IMG/VR virus record: IMGVR_UViG_3300042691_032761
From: a virus
Length of the DNA: 64,000 nt
Direction: 5' to 3' (one strand)
Positions 11,279-21,230 of this stretch are shown piece after piece. Positions within the stretch are counted from its first letter, which is position 1. The number at the start of each line of letters is the position of its first letter. Under the pieces are notes generated by a model. It saw only the letters and a program-made list of their open reading frames with translations, made no database searches and had not been told where the DNA came from. The position numbers and the translations under genes are program-made.

Positions 11279-11806
11279 ATGGAGCCAACTATTTATTGTG
11301 TTTTTGAACAATCAAATCTAAAGAATAATTTCTTGGTTTGTAAATATTGTCAATCTGTGATAGTGAAACCACAGGATTCAATGATGGTCTCTAAAGTATG
11401 TCCAGTTTTATTAGACAGAGCATCTCAAAACCCGGAATATACACAAATTAATCTTAAAAAAATCACTGTTGAAAAACATGATGGAACATTGATTTCTGAA
11501 ATAATTCCACAGGATAAAAAAACCCATCCTCATATTTTAAATGATTGGTGGTATGGTCATACGTTCTCAGATTTAAAACCAAACAATCCTCCTCAAATAA
11601 ATCATGAACAAATGATGCAAAGAGATCTCACCAATAAAAAACAATGTACACAGGAAGAAATTGATGCCAGGATGGATATATGTAAAGGCTGTGAATTTTT
11701 TAAGAATAATACTTGTATGAAATGTGGTTGCGCATTATCTAGGGAAAAAAATTATATGAATAAATTACTATGGGCCGACCAGTCTTGTCCTATTAAAAAA
11801 TGGTAA
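11279..11806 (+). CDS. Cys-motif protein with C-terminal DUF6171-like domain
   Basis: C-terminus RMDICKGC...CMKCGC...KLLWADQSCPIKKW; N-terminal CKYC motif. Confidence 0.6.
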   Translation: MEPTIYCVFEQSNLKNNFLVCKYCQSVIVKPQDSMMVSKVCPVLLDRASQNPEYTQINLKKITVEKHDGTLISEIIPQDKKTHPHILNDWWYGHTFSDLKPNNPPQINHEQMMQRDLTNKKQCTQEEIDARMDICKGCEFFKNNTCMKCGCALSREKNYMNKLLWADQSCPIKKW

Positions 11807-12802
11807 TTAATAACCTGGCATTGCATCTCCCATTAATCTGTCCATGAGAGGACTAGAATTTGTAAGCGGCATCATCTTAGGAGGAGATCCAGAAGATTTT
11901 TTGGTAAAAGTAAATACCTTTATTGGCTCATCATGAGTAACAGTTATAGTTCTGTTTACAACCTTATCTCCAAAAAGCATTCTAACATCTACCTTCGTAT
12001 TATATTTATTTTCCCAGTTTTTAAATCTGTGGATAAATACAGTATAATTTCCTGCTGGACATGATCCCTTTGGCCAAAATATATTTTCTACAGCCTCTTT
12101 TGTTGTTGGATGAACATTGCAGTCCACATCTAACATACCTCCAAAAGCATCTGATCTATTTGTCCAAGATATATGATTAGAATATTGTCTACTTTCAACA
12201 TAAACCCAAACATCAATATCGTTAAAATCGTCCCAAGATATTGATACCTGAACATCTCCTGTTTTTGCTCCTCTCTTTTTTAATCTTTCTTCCATTTTTT
12301 CGAATCTGCCATTCCCTGCTGATCCGTTTCCTGTGCCTCCAGATCCTCTTCTGGATGGCTTTCCTTTCCCCGTTGTTTCAGGAGCCTCTGACCATGGATC
12401 AATAGCATTTTTTTGATTTTCAAAAGCAGCTAATAAATCTGATGGTGTAAATTCTTTAACTGGACTAACATCTATTGGCGTATCATAATCCAAATTTACT
12501 GACATTATTTCTTGGTCAGCAGGAGTATCTATCATATAGGCATCATCAGGAGGAGCGTCTAATACATCTCCCGCAATTTCTATTTTTATTTCTTCTTGTT
12601 CTGATAAATCAATATCTTCAATTTCTTCTGGGGGAGAAAATACCAAAGATATTGGCATTATTTTTGAATCCATAGAAACAAAACTTAATGCTAATACTAG
12701 CAATACACTAGTATTAATAATAAAGCTTTGCCACAAACCCTTTTTATATCCCCAAATTACTAAATCTTCTACTTTGTATCTGAATCCTTTGGACCTTGCC
12801 AT
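11807..12802 (-). CDS. Membrane-anchored protein with YfaP/DUF2135-like C-terminal domain
   Basis: N-terminal TM segment (SVLLVLALSFV), acidic linker, Gly-rich stretch, then GDVQVSISWDDFNDIDVWV...GGMLDVDCN...ENIFWP. Confidence 0.6.
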   Translation of the reverse strand: MARSKGFRYKVEDLVIWGYKKGLWQSFIINTSVLLVLALSFVSMDSKIMPISLVFSPPEEIEDIDLSEQEEIKIEIAGDVLDAPPDDAYMIDTPADQEIMSVNLDYDTPIDVSPVKEFTPSDLLAAFENQKNAIDPWSEAPETTGKGKPSRRGSGGTGNGSAGNGRFEKMEERLKKRGAKTGDVQVSISWDDFNDIDVWVYVESRQYSNHISWTNRSDAFGGMLDVDCNVHPTTKEAVENIFWPKGSCPAGNYTVFIHRFKNWENKYNTKVDVRMLFGDKVVNRTITVTHDEPIKVFTFTKKSSGSPPKMMPLTNSSPLMDRLMGDAMPGY

Positions 12803-13104
12803 TTATGCCAACCTTTATTTTGTAACCAATTATTTTGATCGTCTTTGCGTCTTGGGAAAAGCGTTCCACCCTTCTTGTGTTGACCAAAAGCAAGGATGGC
12901 GCCGCAGTCCATACATCTTAACTCATAGTAGTCGTTGCCGTCAACATTGCGAACAACAAATTTTAAATTCTGACTGCCACAGATTCCACACTTCTCTTCT
13001 CCAAATATCTCTTGCACAGCCGCAAGTTCCTTAAAGATTTCTTTTTGGCCATCGCCATCTAGCTCAAACTCTAACTTGTTGTTTACTTTGTATCTTAATT
13101 TCAT
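12769..13104 (-). CDS. Zinc-ribbon hypothetical protein
   Basis: CGIC...CMDC motif; GGAG SD before the ATG at 13104. Confidence 0.6.
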   Translation of the reverse strand: MKLRYKVNNKLEFELDGDGQKEIFKELAAVQEIFGEEKCGICGSQNLKFVVRNVDGNDYYELRCMDCGAILAFGQHKKGGTLFPRRKDDQNNWLQNKGWHKWQGPKDSDTK

Positions 13105-13106
13105 AA

Positions 13107-13808
13107 TTATCTCCAACTAGACTCATAACCTAATAGACTTTTTGGTATAGAATCCAGATTTTGTTGATGTGTGGATAAAGACCTAATTACATTGACAGCA
13201 TCATTATGTGTCATAGCATATATATTATCAGATGATATGTCCAATGAGGCAAGTAGTGATTTGACATTGATATTTAATCTTTGAGAAATACTATCTATAA
13301 AACTAATCTGATTGCTACTAATTTTATTGACCGATTCATGATCAGGATTATCGTCTATAGAATTGGCCAATTCTTCTGCGGCCACTACTTTCCTCAGTCT
13401 TAATGCTCTTCTAAGTGCTCTTCCTTCGGCTCTGGTTTCAGCAACGGCCACAGGATGGTTTCTATAAACCTTGTCGCAATTACCCCAATAAACGTCCGCA
13501 GCGCCTGTGACTGACCTGTGTTTAATTTCCTCGGGTGTTGACAGATCATTTAAAACATAATCAATCCTGTACACTACAGTTGCTCTTTTTTCGTTTTCTG
13601 GAGAAGGAGCCTGAACAACATCCGTACTAATATGAGTAACCGTGCAATTCATCGCTTTTTCAAAAATTCTTCTAAGTCCATCTGTTGTTGGATTTCCGTC
13701 TATTTTTTCATCATCGCTCAATAAACCAAGAACATAGTCATTCCATCCTAGATCATTAGGTGTAACTTTTTCTTCTTGAGTGATTTTTACTTCGTCCTTT
13801 TTAGCCAT
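13107..13808 (-). CDS. Putative single-strand annealing protein (Rad52/Sak-like)
   Basis: Contains GAAD...AVAETRAEGRALRRAL, resembling the conserved helix of Rad52-like phage recombinases. Confidence 0.45.
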   Translation of the reverse strand: MAKKDEVKITQEEKVTPNDLGWNDYVLGLLSDDEKIDGNPTTDGLRRIFEKAMNCTVTHISTDVVQAPSPENEKRATVVYRIDYVLNDLSTPEEIKHRSVTGAADVYWGNCDKVYRNHPVAVAETRAEGRALRRALRLRKVVAAEELANSIDDNPDHESVNKISSNQISFIDSISQRLNINVKSLLASLDISSDNIYAMTHNDAVNVIRSLSTHQQNLDSIPKSLLGYESSWR

Positions 13809-13810
13809 GA

Positions 13811-14605
13811 TCAATCTCCTATTTCTATTAATCTTTTTGATGGTTCTGGAAATTTTGCTGATATCAGTCCTAATTCTTCTACCAGTTTCTCACATATCAG
13901 AGATGCTCTGCTTTTGGAGAAATCTTTTGATTGCTTTATCCTAATCAACACAAGTCCTTTGCCCAAAATTAATCCATTCTTTTTATTATCATATTTTTGA
14001 TTTTTCTTAAGAGCATCTTCACCCCACACAGGATTAAAATGAGATGGTCCGTCTACCTCAATAGCCACAGACATAGTAGGTAAGAAAAGGTCAATCTGCA
14101 ACTTGGTATTTGATAAGGTCTGCTCTTTGTGAAAGTCAACCTTGTATCCTTTTTTTATCAATTGCTCTAAAAGAAACAATTCTAGCTTTGATCCTACATT
14201 ACTAGATTTCCTTACAGCAGCATTTGCGCTTCTCAAAATATTTTGTTTTTCATCATCAGATAACTTTTCCCAATTGTCTTTAGCTGTTTGCTTACGTTTT
14301 TCTAATTCAACGTCATCTAATTCCTCCCATGACTGTAAAACAGACATTCCTATTTTACTCTTAACATGATCTGGTCTTTCTGTGCCTTTTGTCGGATGAG
14401 TGTGTCTTCCGCTTGATAGGGCAACCTTTTGAGCTTTACTTTTGTCTCTTATGGATATGCTGAATTTGATAGCATCTCTTCTTACTCTATTAGAATATGT
14501 ATTGTATTTTTTGGCTATTTCACCAAAACTTAACAGATTATTTTCATATTCTTTTTTGAGCATTTCTTTTTTTTGACTATCGTTAAAATCTTCATATGAT
14601 TTCAT
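13811..14605 (-). CDS. DUF559/Vsr-like endonuclease with HTH and NUMOD-like N-terminus (homing-endonuclease-like)
   Basis: C-terminal IDLFLP...AIEVDGPSH; N-terminal SFGEIAKKY HTH and KGTERPDHVKSKIG. Confidence 0.6.
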   Translation of the reverse strand: MKSYEDFNDSQKKEMLKKEYENNLLSFGEIAKKYNTYSNRVRRDAIKFSISIRDKSKAQKVALSSGRHTHPTKGTERPDHVKSKIGMSVLQSWEELDDVELEKRKQTAKDNWEKLSDDEKQNILRSANAAVRKSSNVGSKLELFLLEQLIKKGYKVDFHKEQTLSNTKLQIDLFLPTMSVAIEVDGPSHFNPVWGEDALKKNQKYDNKKNGLILGKGLVLIRIKQSKDFSKSRASLICEKLVEELGLISAKFPEPSKRLIEIGD

Positions 14606-15047
14606 ATAGAGCCTCTGGTGTTACATCTAGTAGCTTGATTGGTTTCCAAGACAAATTGAAAATCTCTTGTATAGTAGCATCGTGTGTTAATATTTCAACT
14701 TTTGGATTATCAAAAAGCTGTGACCAATCTTCATAATTAATGTTGTATATTTTTGTCCATGGAATATCTTTATTTTGAAAATAATATATTTTATTAATAT
14801 TTGGAAAATTAATTGCCAACTCTAATGATAATATATCCCAAACAAAAAAATTACCATATTCATATTTTGCTTCGTAAATAGGTAGTATTGGAAACTTTTT
14901 ATCAGCATTCACAATATCAAATGAAGAAGAAAAAAACTTTAAGTTAATACTTCTGTCAATATCATTTAAGCTATTAAACCAAGAGATCATAGAAGAATCA
15001 TATTCTGATTGTGGATGAATGGCTATTGCAGATAATTTTTTATTCAT
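14592..15047 (-). CDS. Hypothetical protein in glycosyltransferase block
   Basis: Translationally coupled ORF with no clear motif. Confidence 0.55.
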   Translation of the reverse strand: MNKKLSAIAIHPQSEYDSSMISWFNSLNDIDRSINLKFFSSSFDIVNADKKFPILPIYEAKYEYGNFFVWDILSLELAINFPNINKIYYFQNKDIPWTKIYNINYEDWSQLFDNPKVEILTHDATIQEIFNLSWKPIKLLDVTPEALYEII

Positions 15048-15774
15048 ATTTTGACTTAATGTATTTAACAAGATTTGAAATTTTATTTTTATTTATTTGA
15101 CTGGCTTCGTAATTTACAGATGGATTTTTTATATCATCTAATGATGGCGTTTCCACAGTATCTAGCAATGTATTTTTTGTTAAATTTAATATGGGTTTAT
15201 TCATATTCATAGCATCATAAACATATGTATTATCCATATTAATATATAATGAACATCCACTAAGAAGTTTCATCATGGTTTGTTCGTCAACAAGACCCAA
15301 ATTTTGAACGTGACCAACCTTGTAACAATTTACTAATTTAACAGGAATTTCTTTGTTTTGTGGATATATAATTGGCTGTAATATTGTGTTTTTTTGTTCA
15401 TCTTTACAGGTAAGGTCACATAGTATATAATTTTTATCTTTTAATTCTGTTTGAAAATATTCATTATATGGTAGATAGCTATCTTTACTGATATAATTTG
15501 TTCTTTTGCTAGAAAATGAATACTTTTTTTCACTAAAAGTTAAAACCATAAAAATAGTTTTGATAGAATCATCTATATTTTTCATAAATTTTTTGATATG
15601 ATAATTAGACAGATCTCCTTCGTGAAGGATGACAAAATCTGGTTTTGATGCTAGAATAATTTCATAGATATTATCTGGCTCAAAAATTAATGTGTTCGAT
15701 CCATATTCTTTGCTTAAAGCGTTAGCGAAAAGTTGTTCTGGTCTACTACTTATATTTGTTATGTATGTTAGCAT
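15040..15774 (-). CDS. Hypothetical protein, divergent GT-B-like
   Basis: KPDFVIL and LYINMD...YDAMNMNKPIL resemble degenerate GT-B elements. Confidence 0.4.
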   Translation of the reverse strand: MLTYITNISSRPEQLFANALSKEYGSNTLIFEPDNIYEIILASKPDFVILHEGDLSNYHIKKFMKNIDDSIKTIFMVLTFSEKKYSFSSKRTNYISKDSYLPYNEYFQTELKDKNYILCDLTCKDEQKNTILQPIIYPQNKEIPVKLVNCYKVGHVQNLGLVDEQTMMKLLSGCSLYINMDNTYVYDAMNMNKPILNLTKNTLLDTVETPSLDDIKNPSVNYEASQINKNKISNLVKYIKSKYE

Positions 15775-16444
15775 ATGTCTTATTTTTATAGTGTAAATAT
15801 TTGTGTACTGTATTTTTTTTAACTATCTCAAGATCAAAAACAATATCATTCTCAATAAGTCCGTTGATAGTTTCAAATAAAAATAGACTTTTAGCTTTGG
15901 ATTCAAAAGTCTCAGATCCTATCAGAGACATTACTCTATCATAATCTTCCGACCCAATATAGGCTATCTCAGACCATGTATTCTCAAGATCATAAAACAT
16001 ATAAATTGCTTTGTTCTTTTGCGATCTAATTCCTATATTAAAATTAATATCGTTTGTCTTTATGACTCCTAGACTTGATACTTTAATATTCTTTGGCTTG
16101 TAGCAACCAACAACGCCGCTTTGTACAATTAAAAAATTATTGCCACTTATATTTTTTAGAGCTTTAATTAATCCGTATGTATTATTTACAGAATCAAAAT
16201 GATTATCGTAAATAAAATTGATATTTTTATACTTGTATCTGTGTATAACTTTTTCTACTTTTTCGCACTCAAATCCATTTACTACATGTATAGCGTGTTT
16301 TGTAGAACCGTAGGTTAGTTTAATTTTTTTTATCTGTTTGATAACTAATGGTTCTTCTGGTTTTCCTATTGGAATAATAGCTCTTGGGCCATAAGATTTC
16401 ATTCCTTTTGGAACCTCAGAAGATAATAATATGATATTGATCAT
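15746..16444 (-). CDS. Divergent sugar-phosphate nucleotidyltransferase-like protein
   Basis: IILLSSEVPKGMKSYGPRAIIPI aligns with the IILAAGxGxRM...PKxL motif but is degenerate. Confidence 0.55.
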   Translation of the reverse strand: MINIILLSSEVPKGMKSYGPRAIIPIGKPEEPLVIKQIKKIKLTYGSTKHAIHVVNGFECEKVEKVIHRYKYKNINFIYDNHFDSVNNTYGLIKALKNISGNNFLIVQSGVVGCYKPKNIKVSSLGVIKTNDINFNIGIRSQKNKAIYMFYDLENTWSEIAYIGSEDYDRVMSLIGSETFESKAKSLFLFETINGLIENDIVFDLEIVKKNTVHKYLHYKNKTYANIHNKYK

Positions 16445-17163
16445 TGTAATGTTAATCTTATTGTTTCGTTGTCTTCTTCGAGACTCGACAAGGCCAAACC
16501 AAATCTTTCGTGAGTATTACTCCATAGATTCATAGGAATAACAATATTATGAAATGAAAAAATATCATTAGGCAAAAATACAACCTTATGATATCTTAAT
16601 AGATTAAAAGTATTTAGAACAGTATCAATTGAATCTAATAATATTTTATATTTATTATTTATAGTATAAATCAGATCTGTTTTAATAGAAGTACTAGATA
16701 AAATCATATCTATAATTTCGCTCTCTGTCATCTCATCTTCTAGAATAGCATGTAATTTCCAGTTTTGAAATTCATTATTTTCTATGAATTCTATATATTG
16801 AGATTTATTAATATCAAAAGAGTTTTTTATAACAAAATAAATATAATCATATTTTATATTCTTTAATATACTAAGATTAGTTGTAAAATTATCCCAATTA
16901 TTATCAATAAAATAGATAAAAGAAATCGTTGGACGAGACTCTAAAATTTCTTTCACAATGCCTGACTCGTCAACAATCTCCTTTTTTTGGGCCACCCATT
17001 CACTAGTTCTTGCATATGGACAGTAAAAATTATAAATCACATTATTTTGAATATTTTTTGAAGAAAATACCATAGGAAAATTATGTAGCAATGTTTGAGG
17101 TATATCAAATCCACAAACATTATCTTTATAAAAATAGCAATTTTCACATTTTGTTACTATCAT
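16441..17163 (-). CDS. Hypothetical protein, N-terminal Cys motif, possible degenerate GT-A fold
   Basis: CENC...C...CP at the N-terminus; coupled to its neighbours. Confidence 0.45.
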   Translation of the reverse strand: MIVTKCENCYFYKDNVCGFDIPQTLLHNFPMVFSSKNIQNNVIYNFYCPYARTSEWVAQKKEIVDESGIVKEILESRPTISFIYFIDNNWDNFTTNLSILKNIKYDYIYFVIKNSFDINKSQYIEFIENNEFQNWKLHAILEDEMTESEIIDMILSSTSIKTDLIYTINNKYKILLDSIDTVLNTFNLLRYHKVVFLPNDIFSFHNIVIPMNLWSNTHERFGLALSSLEEDNETIRLTLQ

Positions 17164-17573
17164 GCTCTTCTCTCTATAATCACATTCTCTGATAATCCAT
17201 CGTACACTAAACTTTTTATTGCAAAATTTGTACTATTGTTTAAAATTTGTTCTAAATGAGAATCATCTACTAAAGATTTAACATTAGCAATAATATTATT
17301 AAGCTGTTTTTCTTCTATTCTATCAAGATAACAGTTTTTACTAAATAATTTGAGATTAATAAATTTTAGATGTAGAGTTCCTCCTACCCGCAATTTTTTT
17401 AATAGTTCATTTGTTAAAACCGTTCTTTCAGAAATAGTAAATAAATCCAAACAGTCACACAAAATATTTTCCGATGACCCGTTGGATATCATATTAACAT
17501 TAGAAATGTTTATTTTTTCTGCGTCAGGAACGGGATTGTTGTCGCCAGCATGAACATAGATATATTTTGACAT
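17160..17573 (-). CDS. Truncated class I methyltransferase-like protein
   Basis: LLKKLRVGGTLHL matches the LKPGG motif; no SAM-binding GxGxG is evident. Confidence 0.4.
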   Translation of the reverse strand: MSKYIYVHAGDNNPVPDAEKINISNVNMISNGSSENILCDCLDLFTISERTVLTNELLKKLRVGGTLHLKFINLKLFSKNCYLDRIEEKQLNNIIANVKSLVDDSHLEQILNNSTNFAIKSLVYDGLSENVIIERRA

Positions 17574-18418
17574 TATATTACATATCTCCTATATTTTAAT
17601 AGATCATATATTGAGGCCAAGTCCAACCAACTGTTATTATTAACCTGATCATTTATTGTTTTTATATCATTATTGAATTGATTACTATTGTAAAGCTCTA
17701 TTAGTTTATTATAACTTTCATGATCTATATTATCTACGACATATAAATTATCATATTGATTTTCAATAAAATTACTTTTTTGGTAAAATTGTAAACAAAC
17801 ACATTTATTCTTTAATGCCAGAAGAGTGTCATGAATATTGATTGGATTAAAATCTATGCAAATTTTATATTCAGCAAATATATCTTCTAAATCGTTTATG
17901 CTGGATGGCAGGGTTTCTATAATGGTAGCATCTGGAATACCATCAGTTATATTTTTTTTAAGATTGTCATTTAATTTATTCAAATGATAATTGATAACCA
18001 AACAATCTTTAGTTTTTTCTTTTTCTGATATTTTAGAATTAATATTTATTGTATTTATACATATTAAATTTTCTTTATTGATTGGATTTAATGTATCATA
18101 TAAAAATATGGTATTTTTTGGAACAGAATCATTGATCTTTTCTTTGTTATTAACATAATACAATATTGGTAGATGAAAAGCATTAGAAAGATTAATGATA
18201 GTATTATCTATGAAATGAGTAAAAATAAAATCATAGTTAAACCATGTTAAATCTGAAACATTGGTTAGATTTTGATGTTTAATATTGGTGTTGCTAAAGT
18301 AGTTGACTGGAATGTCTAATATTGGCATATCTATAGCAGACATAGAGGGAAAATATAAGACATTGATCTCTTTATTGCTAAATTTTGATAGCAAATTTTT
18401 TATTGTATATACTGACAT
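17573..18418 (-). CDS. Hypothetical protein, divergent glycosyltransferase-like
   Basis: Very AT-rich, Asn/Ile-rich ORF; EYKICIDFN...LLAL resembles a GT-B C-terminal lobe. Confidence 0.4.
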   Translation of the reverse strand: MSVYTIKNLLSKFSNKEINVLYFPSMSAIDMPILDIPVNYFSNTNIKHQNLTNVSDLTWFNYDFIFTHFIDNTIINLSNAFHLPILYYVNNKEKINDSVPKNTIFLYDTLNPINKENLICINTININSKISEKEKTKDCLVINYHLNKLNDNLKKNITDGIPDATIIETLPSSINDLEDIFAEYKICIDFNPINIHDTLLALKNKCVCLQFYQKSNFIENQYDNLYVVDNIDHESYNKLIELYNSNQFNNDIKTINDQVNNNSWLDLASIYDLLKYRRYVI

Positions 18419-19527
18419 ATATTCTGTCCTATATTTTCATATGAAAATCTTGATAAATATTTTGAACTGTCAACCTGTGGCCTGTTTTCAAAAGCCAATC
18501 TCATTTGTCTTTTTAATTCTAAAACGCTTGGAATAGACCATGTTTCTTCTCCGTTGTACATATCAATTCCTCCAAGATAAGAATAGTCTTGCATTATAAC
18601 TGGTTGTTCTTGGCATGAGACCAATCCAAAATCATTTGAATCGATCATTTCTTTTATTCCAACTCCTTCTGATAATATCACATAATTTCCAAAACATAGT
18701 GCTTCAGCGGCCGGTCTACAAAATGCTTCTCCATACGAACACACAACAAAACAATCGCAAGAATTATGTATTGCTAATAATTGTTCGTCTTGTAGTCTTT
18801 CTGTGATAGTCAAAATTGGAGCAAACTTTTTTCTTGTTCTAAGAGATTTTTGTATATTGTGGATCTCTTCTTGTGTTTTTTGTGAGGCTTGTGTTGCAGA
18901 TAGTCCGGGTATATTTGTTTTTAGGACAAAGCAAACATCATCTGTTTCGTCAAATTCTAAACAAAATGCAGCAATTAAATCTTTAATATTTTTTCTTTGT
19001 ATATTTTCTCCAATATAATAAAATTTGTATGAATTTTTCACACGCTCTGCAAATTGAAGTTTATTATCATATTCTGAGAATTTTGATATGTTTTTTGTGC
19101 CGATTGGTTGCATAATTGAATTAGCCTTTGTATTTACTCCGCTTCTTTTCAAGCACTCAACCTCTTTTTGAGTAGACACTAAAATCTGATTCATAGAATT
19201 TAATGGAAACACTCCATCCGAAAATAGCTTGTTGTTTTCCAGAAATATTATAGCAATGTTTTGTGCGTAGTTACCATTGTAGGACAGGGCAGATGGCAAT
19301 GCTTTTTGTATTACAATATCATAACTATTGGATATATTTTTTTCTGCCTCTAATATATTTTTGTCAAGGATATCATATTTTGCGTTATAGTTTAGATAAA
19401 CTGGAACAGCTGAAATATTGTGTCCAGTCGTTAGTAAAGATAGCAGACAGTCTCTTGCTGCTAATCCCCATCCGTCGTTTTGTCTATATGGACCAACATA
19501 TAAAATATTTTTAGGCGATGTTAGCAT
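18400..19527 (-). CDS. Glycosyltransferase family 4 (GT-B)
   Basis: RKNIKDLI and DCFVVCSYGEAFCRPAAEA (the E-x7-E motif). Confidence 0.85.
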   Translation of the reverse strand: MLTSPKNILYVGPYRQNDGWGLAARDCLLSLLTTGHNISAVPVYLNYNAKYDILDKNILEAEKNISNSYDIVIQKALPSALSYNGNYAQNIAIIFLENNKLFSDGVFPLNSMNQILVSTQKEVECLKRSGVNTKANSIMQPIGTKNISKFSEYDNKLQFAERVKNSYKFYYIGENIQRKNIKDLIAAFCLEFDETDDVCFVLKTNIPGLSATQASQKTQEEIHNIQKSLRTRKKFAPILTITERLQDEQLLAIHNSCDCFVVCSYGEAFCRPAAEALCFGNYVILSEGVGIKEMIDSNDFGLVSCQEQPVIMQDYSYLGGIDMYNGEETWSIPSVLELKRQMRLAFENRPQVDSSKYLSRFSYENIGQNICQYIQ

Positions 19528-21166
19528 ATTGTATATAATCTTCCTGTGTGAGCAAATGAGAATCTATTCTGCCAATTTCTGCTTGATTGTGATTATGAAT
19601 CATACTATTGATGTTGTCTATCATATCATTAATTGAAAATGGTTTGAGTTCCGCTCCATTTGCAACAAAACCATTTTGTACGCATTGAATTTGCTTTAAA
19701 ATCCAATAGTCACTAATTTTTAGTCCTATATTATCTAGTACTGATTTTTTGATAGTATAAATTATTTCATAAGCATCATTTACTTTAGGTAAATTATTCT
19801 TATCTATTTTTGATACAAAAACTGGGGTTGAATTCCATGACTTTTCATATTTATTAATGTTTATAGTGTCTATATATTTTATCCATTTTTCTACAGAATG
19901 TTTCCAACTATAATGGTTTTCTGTTAATTGTCTAGTCTTAAATCCTTTTTGTTTTCTTATTGCTTCGGGCTGGTTCACAAGCTGCAATAACTGAGAGACT
20001 AAAGAATTTTGATTTGGATAAACTCTCATAGCAGATGTTTCTAGTTCTTTAAAATAACATCCAACTTCTATTGGATAAGCATTGACTTTATTAATTACGT
20101 CTTCCATAGCGCTATATTTCACTGTTACAACTGGTACTCCACATGCTGATGCTTCTATTTGAGGCATACCAAATCCTTCGCATATAGAATATTGTACATA
20201 TATATCAAACATCCCAATAATTTTTGCTAAAATTGATTCGTCCACAGCATTAGAAACATTTGGAACAACAGCAGACTTCTGCTTACACTTATAGCATATT
20301 TGTGAGTGTCCAGATAAATTTGAGGCAAAAATGGCTGAACAATTTTTACATAAATATGTGAAAAAGATTTTATTACTAAATTCACTATCTTTTATAAGAT
20401 TGGCCATGTCCCATCCCATATCAGGATAACTGGTATGCAGATATAGAATAGTATTGTGATATTTTTCAGATCCTGAATTTTTTAGCTCTCTTAATAAGAG
20501 CTCAAAACCTTTAATTAATTCTGGGAATAGCTTTCTCTTCTGATTTCTCATAACTGTGCCAATAACAGTACAGTTTGGATCTAATTTTAGCATATTTTTA
20601 ATTTCGGCAGTATTTGTTAGAGGAGAAAAAATATTTAGATCAGCACCAGGAGATACTGTGTCTATATATTTAATTGTGTTCGAAGTTTGTTTCATTAAAA
20701 CTTCTTTTCCCCAATCCGAATATGTAAAGATTGCATCGGCATCAATATAAGTATCGAGCCACTCTTCTTGCTGTGGATAAGAATCAATAGTTGGCATCAA
20801 TATCCAATGGAAATTTTTTCGCAATGGGGATCTTTTCTGATAGGAACTCATCCAATAATCTCTAACATCAATAACAATATGAGGCTTAAAATCTAATAAA
20901 ACTCTGTCAAAACGCCACCGTCCAAAATGGTTTTCTGGAGTAGAATTATATTCATTAATTCTTGGATCATTAGAATGAACAGCATTTGGATAATATTTCC
21001 ATGGTATTTTATGAGCCTCTTTATCTCCTATTAATCCATAAGAAGCAAATTCTGCTATATCATATTTATTAGTCTTATAAAGACCATCTAAAAGATATCT
21101 ATTGTAAACACCGAATCCGGAAGAAACTTTTGAAGATTCAGAACAAACTAGAATTTTTGGTTTCAT
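19511..21166 (-). CDS. Glycosyltransferase family 4 with zinc-ribbon insert
   Basis: SGFG, RNQKRK and EGFGMPQIEASACGVP motifs; CKNC...CYKC insert. Confidence 0.85.
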   Translation of the reverse strand: MKPKILVCSESSKVSSGFGVYNRYLLDGLYKTNKYDIAEFASYGLIGDKEAHKIPWKYYPNAVHSNDPRINEYNSTPENHFGRWRFDRVLLDFKPHIVIDVRDYWMSSYQKRSPLRKNFHWILMPTIDSYPQQEEWLDTYIDADAIFTYSDWGKEVLMKQTSNTIKYIDTVSPGADLNIFSPLTNTAEIKNMLKLDPNCTVIGTVMRNQKRKLFPELIKGFELLLRELKNSGSEKYHNTILYLHTSYPDMGWDMANLIKDSEFSNKIFFTYLCKNCSAIFASNLSGHSQICYKCKQKSAVVPNVSNAVDESILAKIIGMFDIYVQYSICEGFGMPQIEASACGVPVVTVKYSAMEDVINKVNAYPIEVGCYFKELETSAMRVYPNQNSLVSQLLQLVNQPEAIRKQKGFKTRQLTENHYSWKHSVEKWIKYIDTININKYEKSWNSTPVFVSKIDKNNLPKVNDAYEIIYTIKKSVLDNIGLKISDYWILKQIQCVQNGFVANGAELKPFSINDMIDNINSMIHNHNQAEIGRIDSHLLTQEDYIQYANIA

Positions 21167-21173
21167 AAAATTG

Positions 21174-21214
21174 AAAAAAGATAAGGGGCTTATTCAGCCC
21201 CATTATCTCTTTTT
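21174..21214 (-). terminator. Rho-independent terminator after ssb
   Basis: Minus strand AGATAATGGGGCT-GAATA-AGCCCCTTATCT followed by a T run. Confidence 0.75.
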
Positions 21215-21230
21215 ATAGTCCTTATTATTA

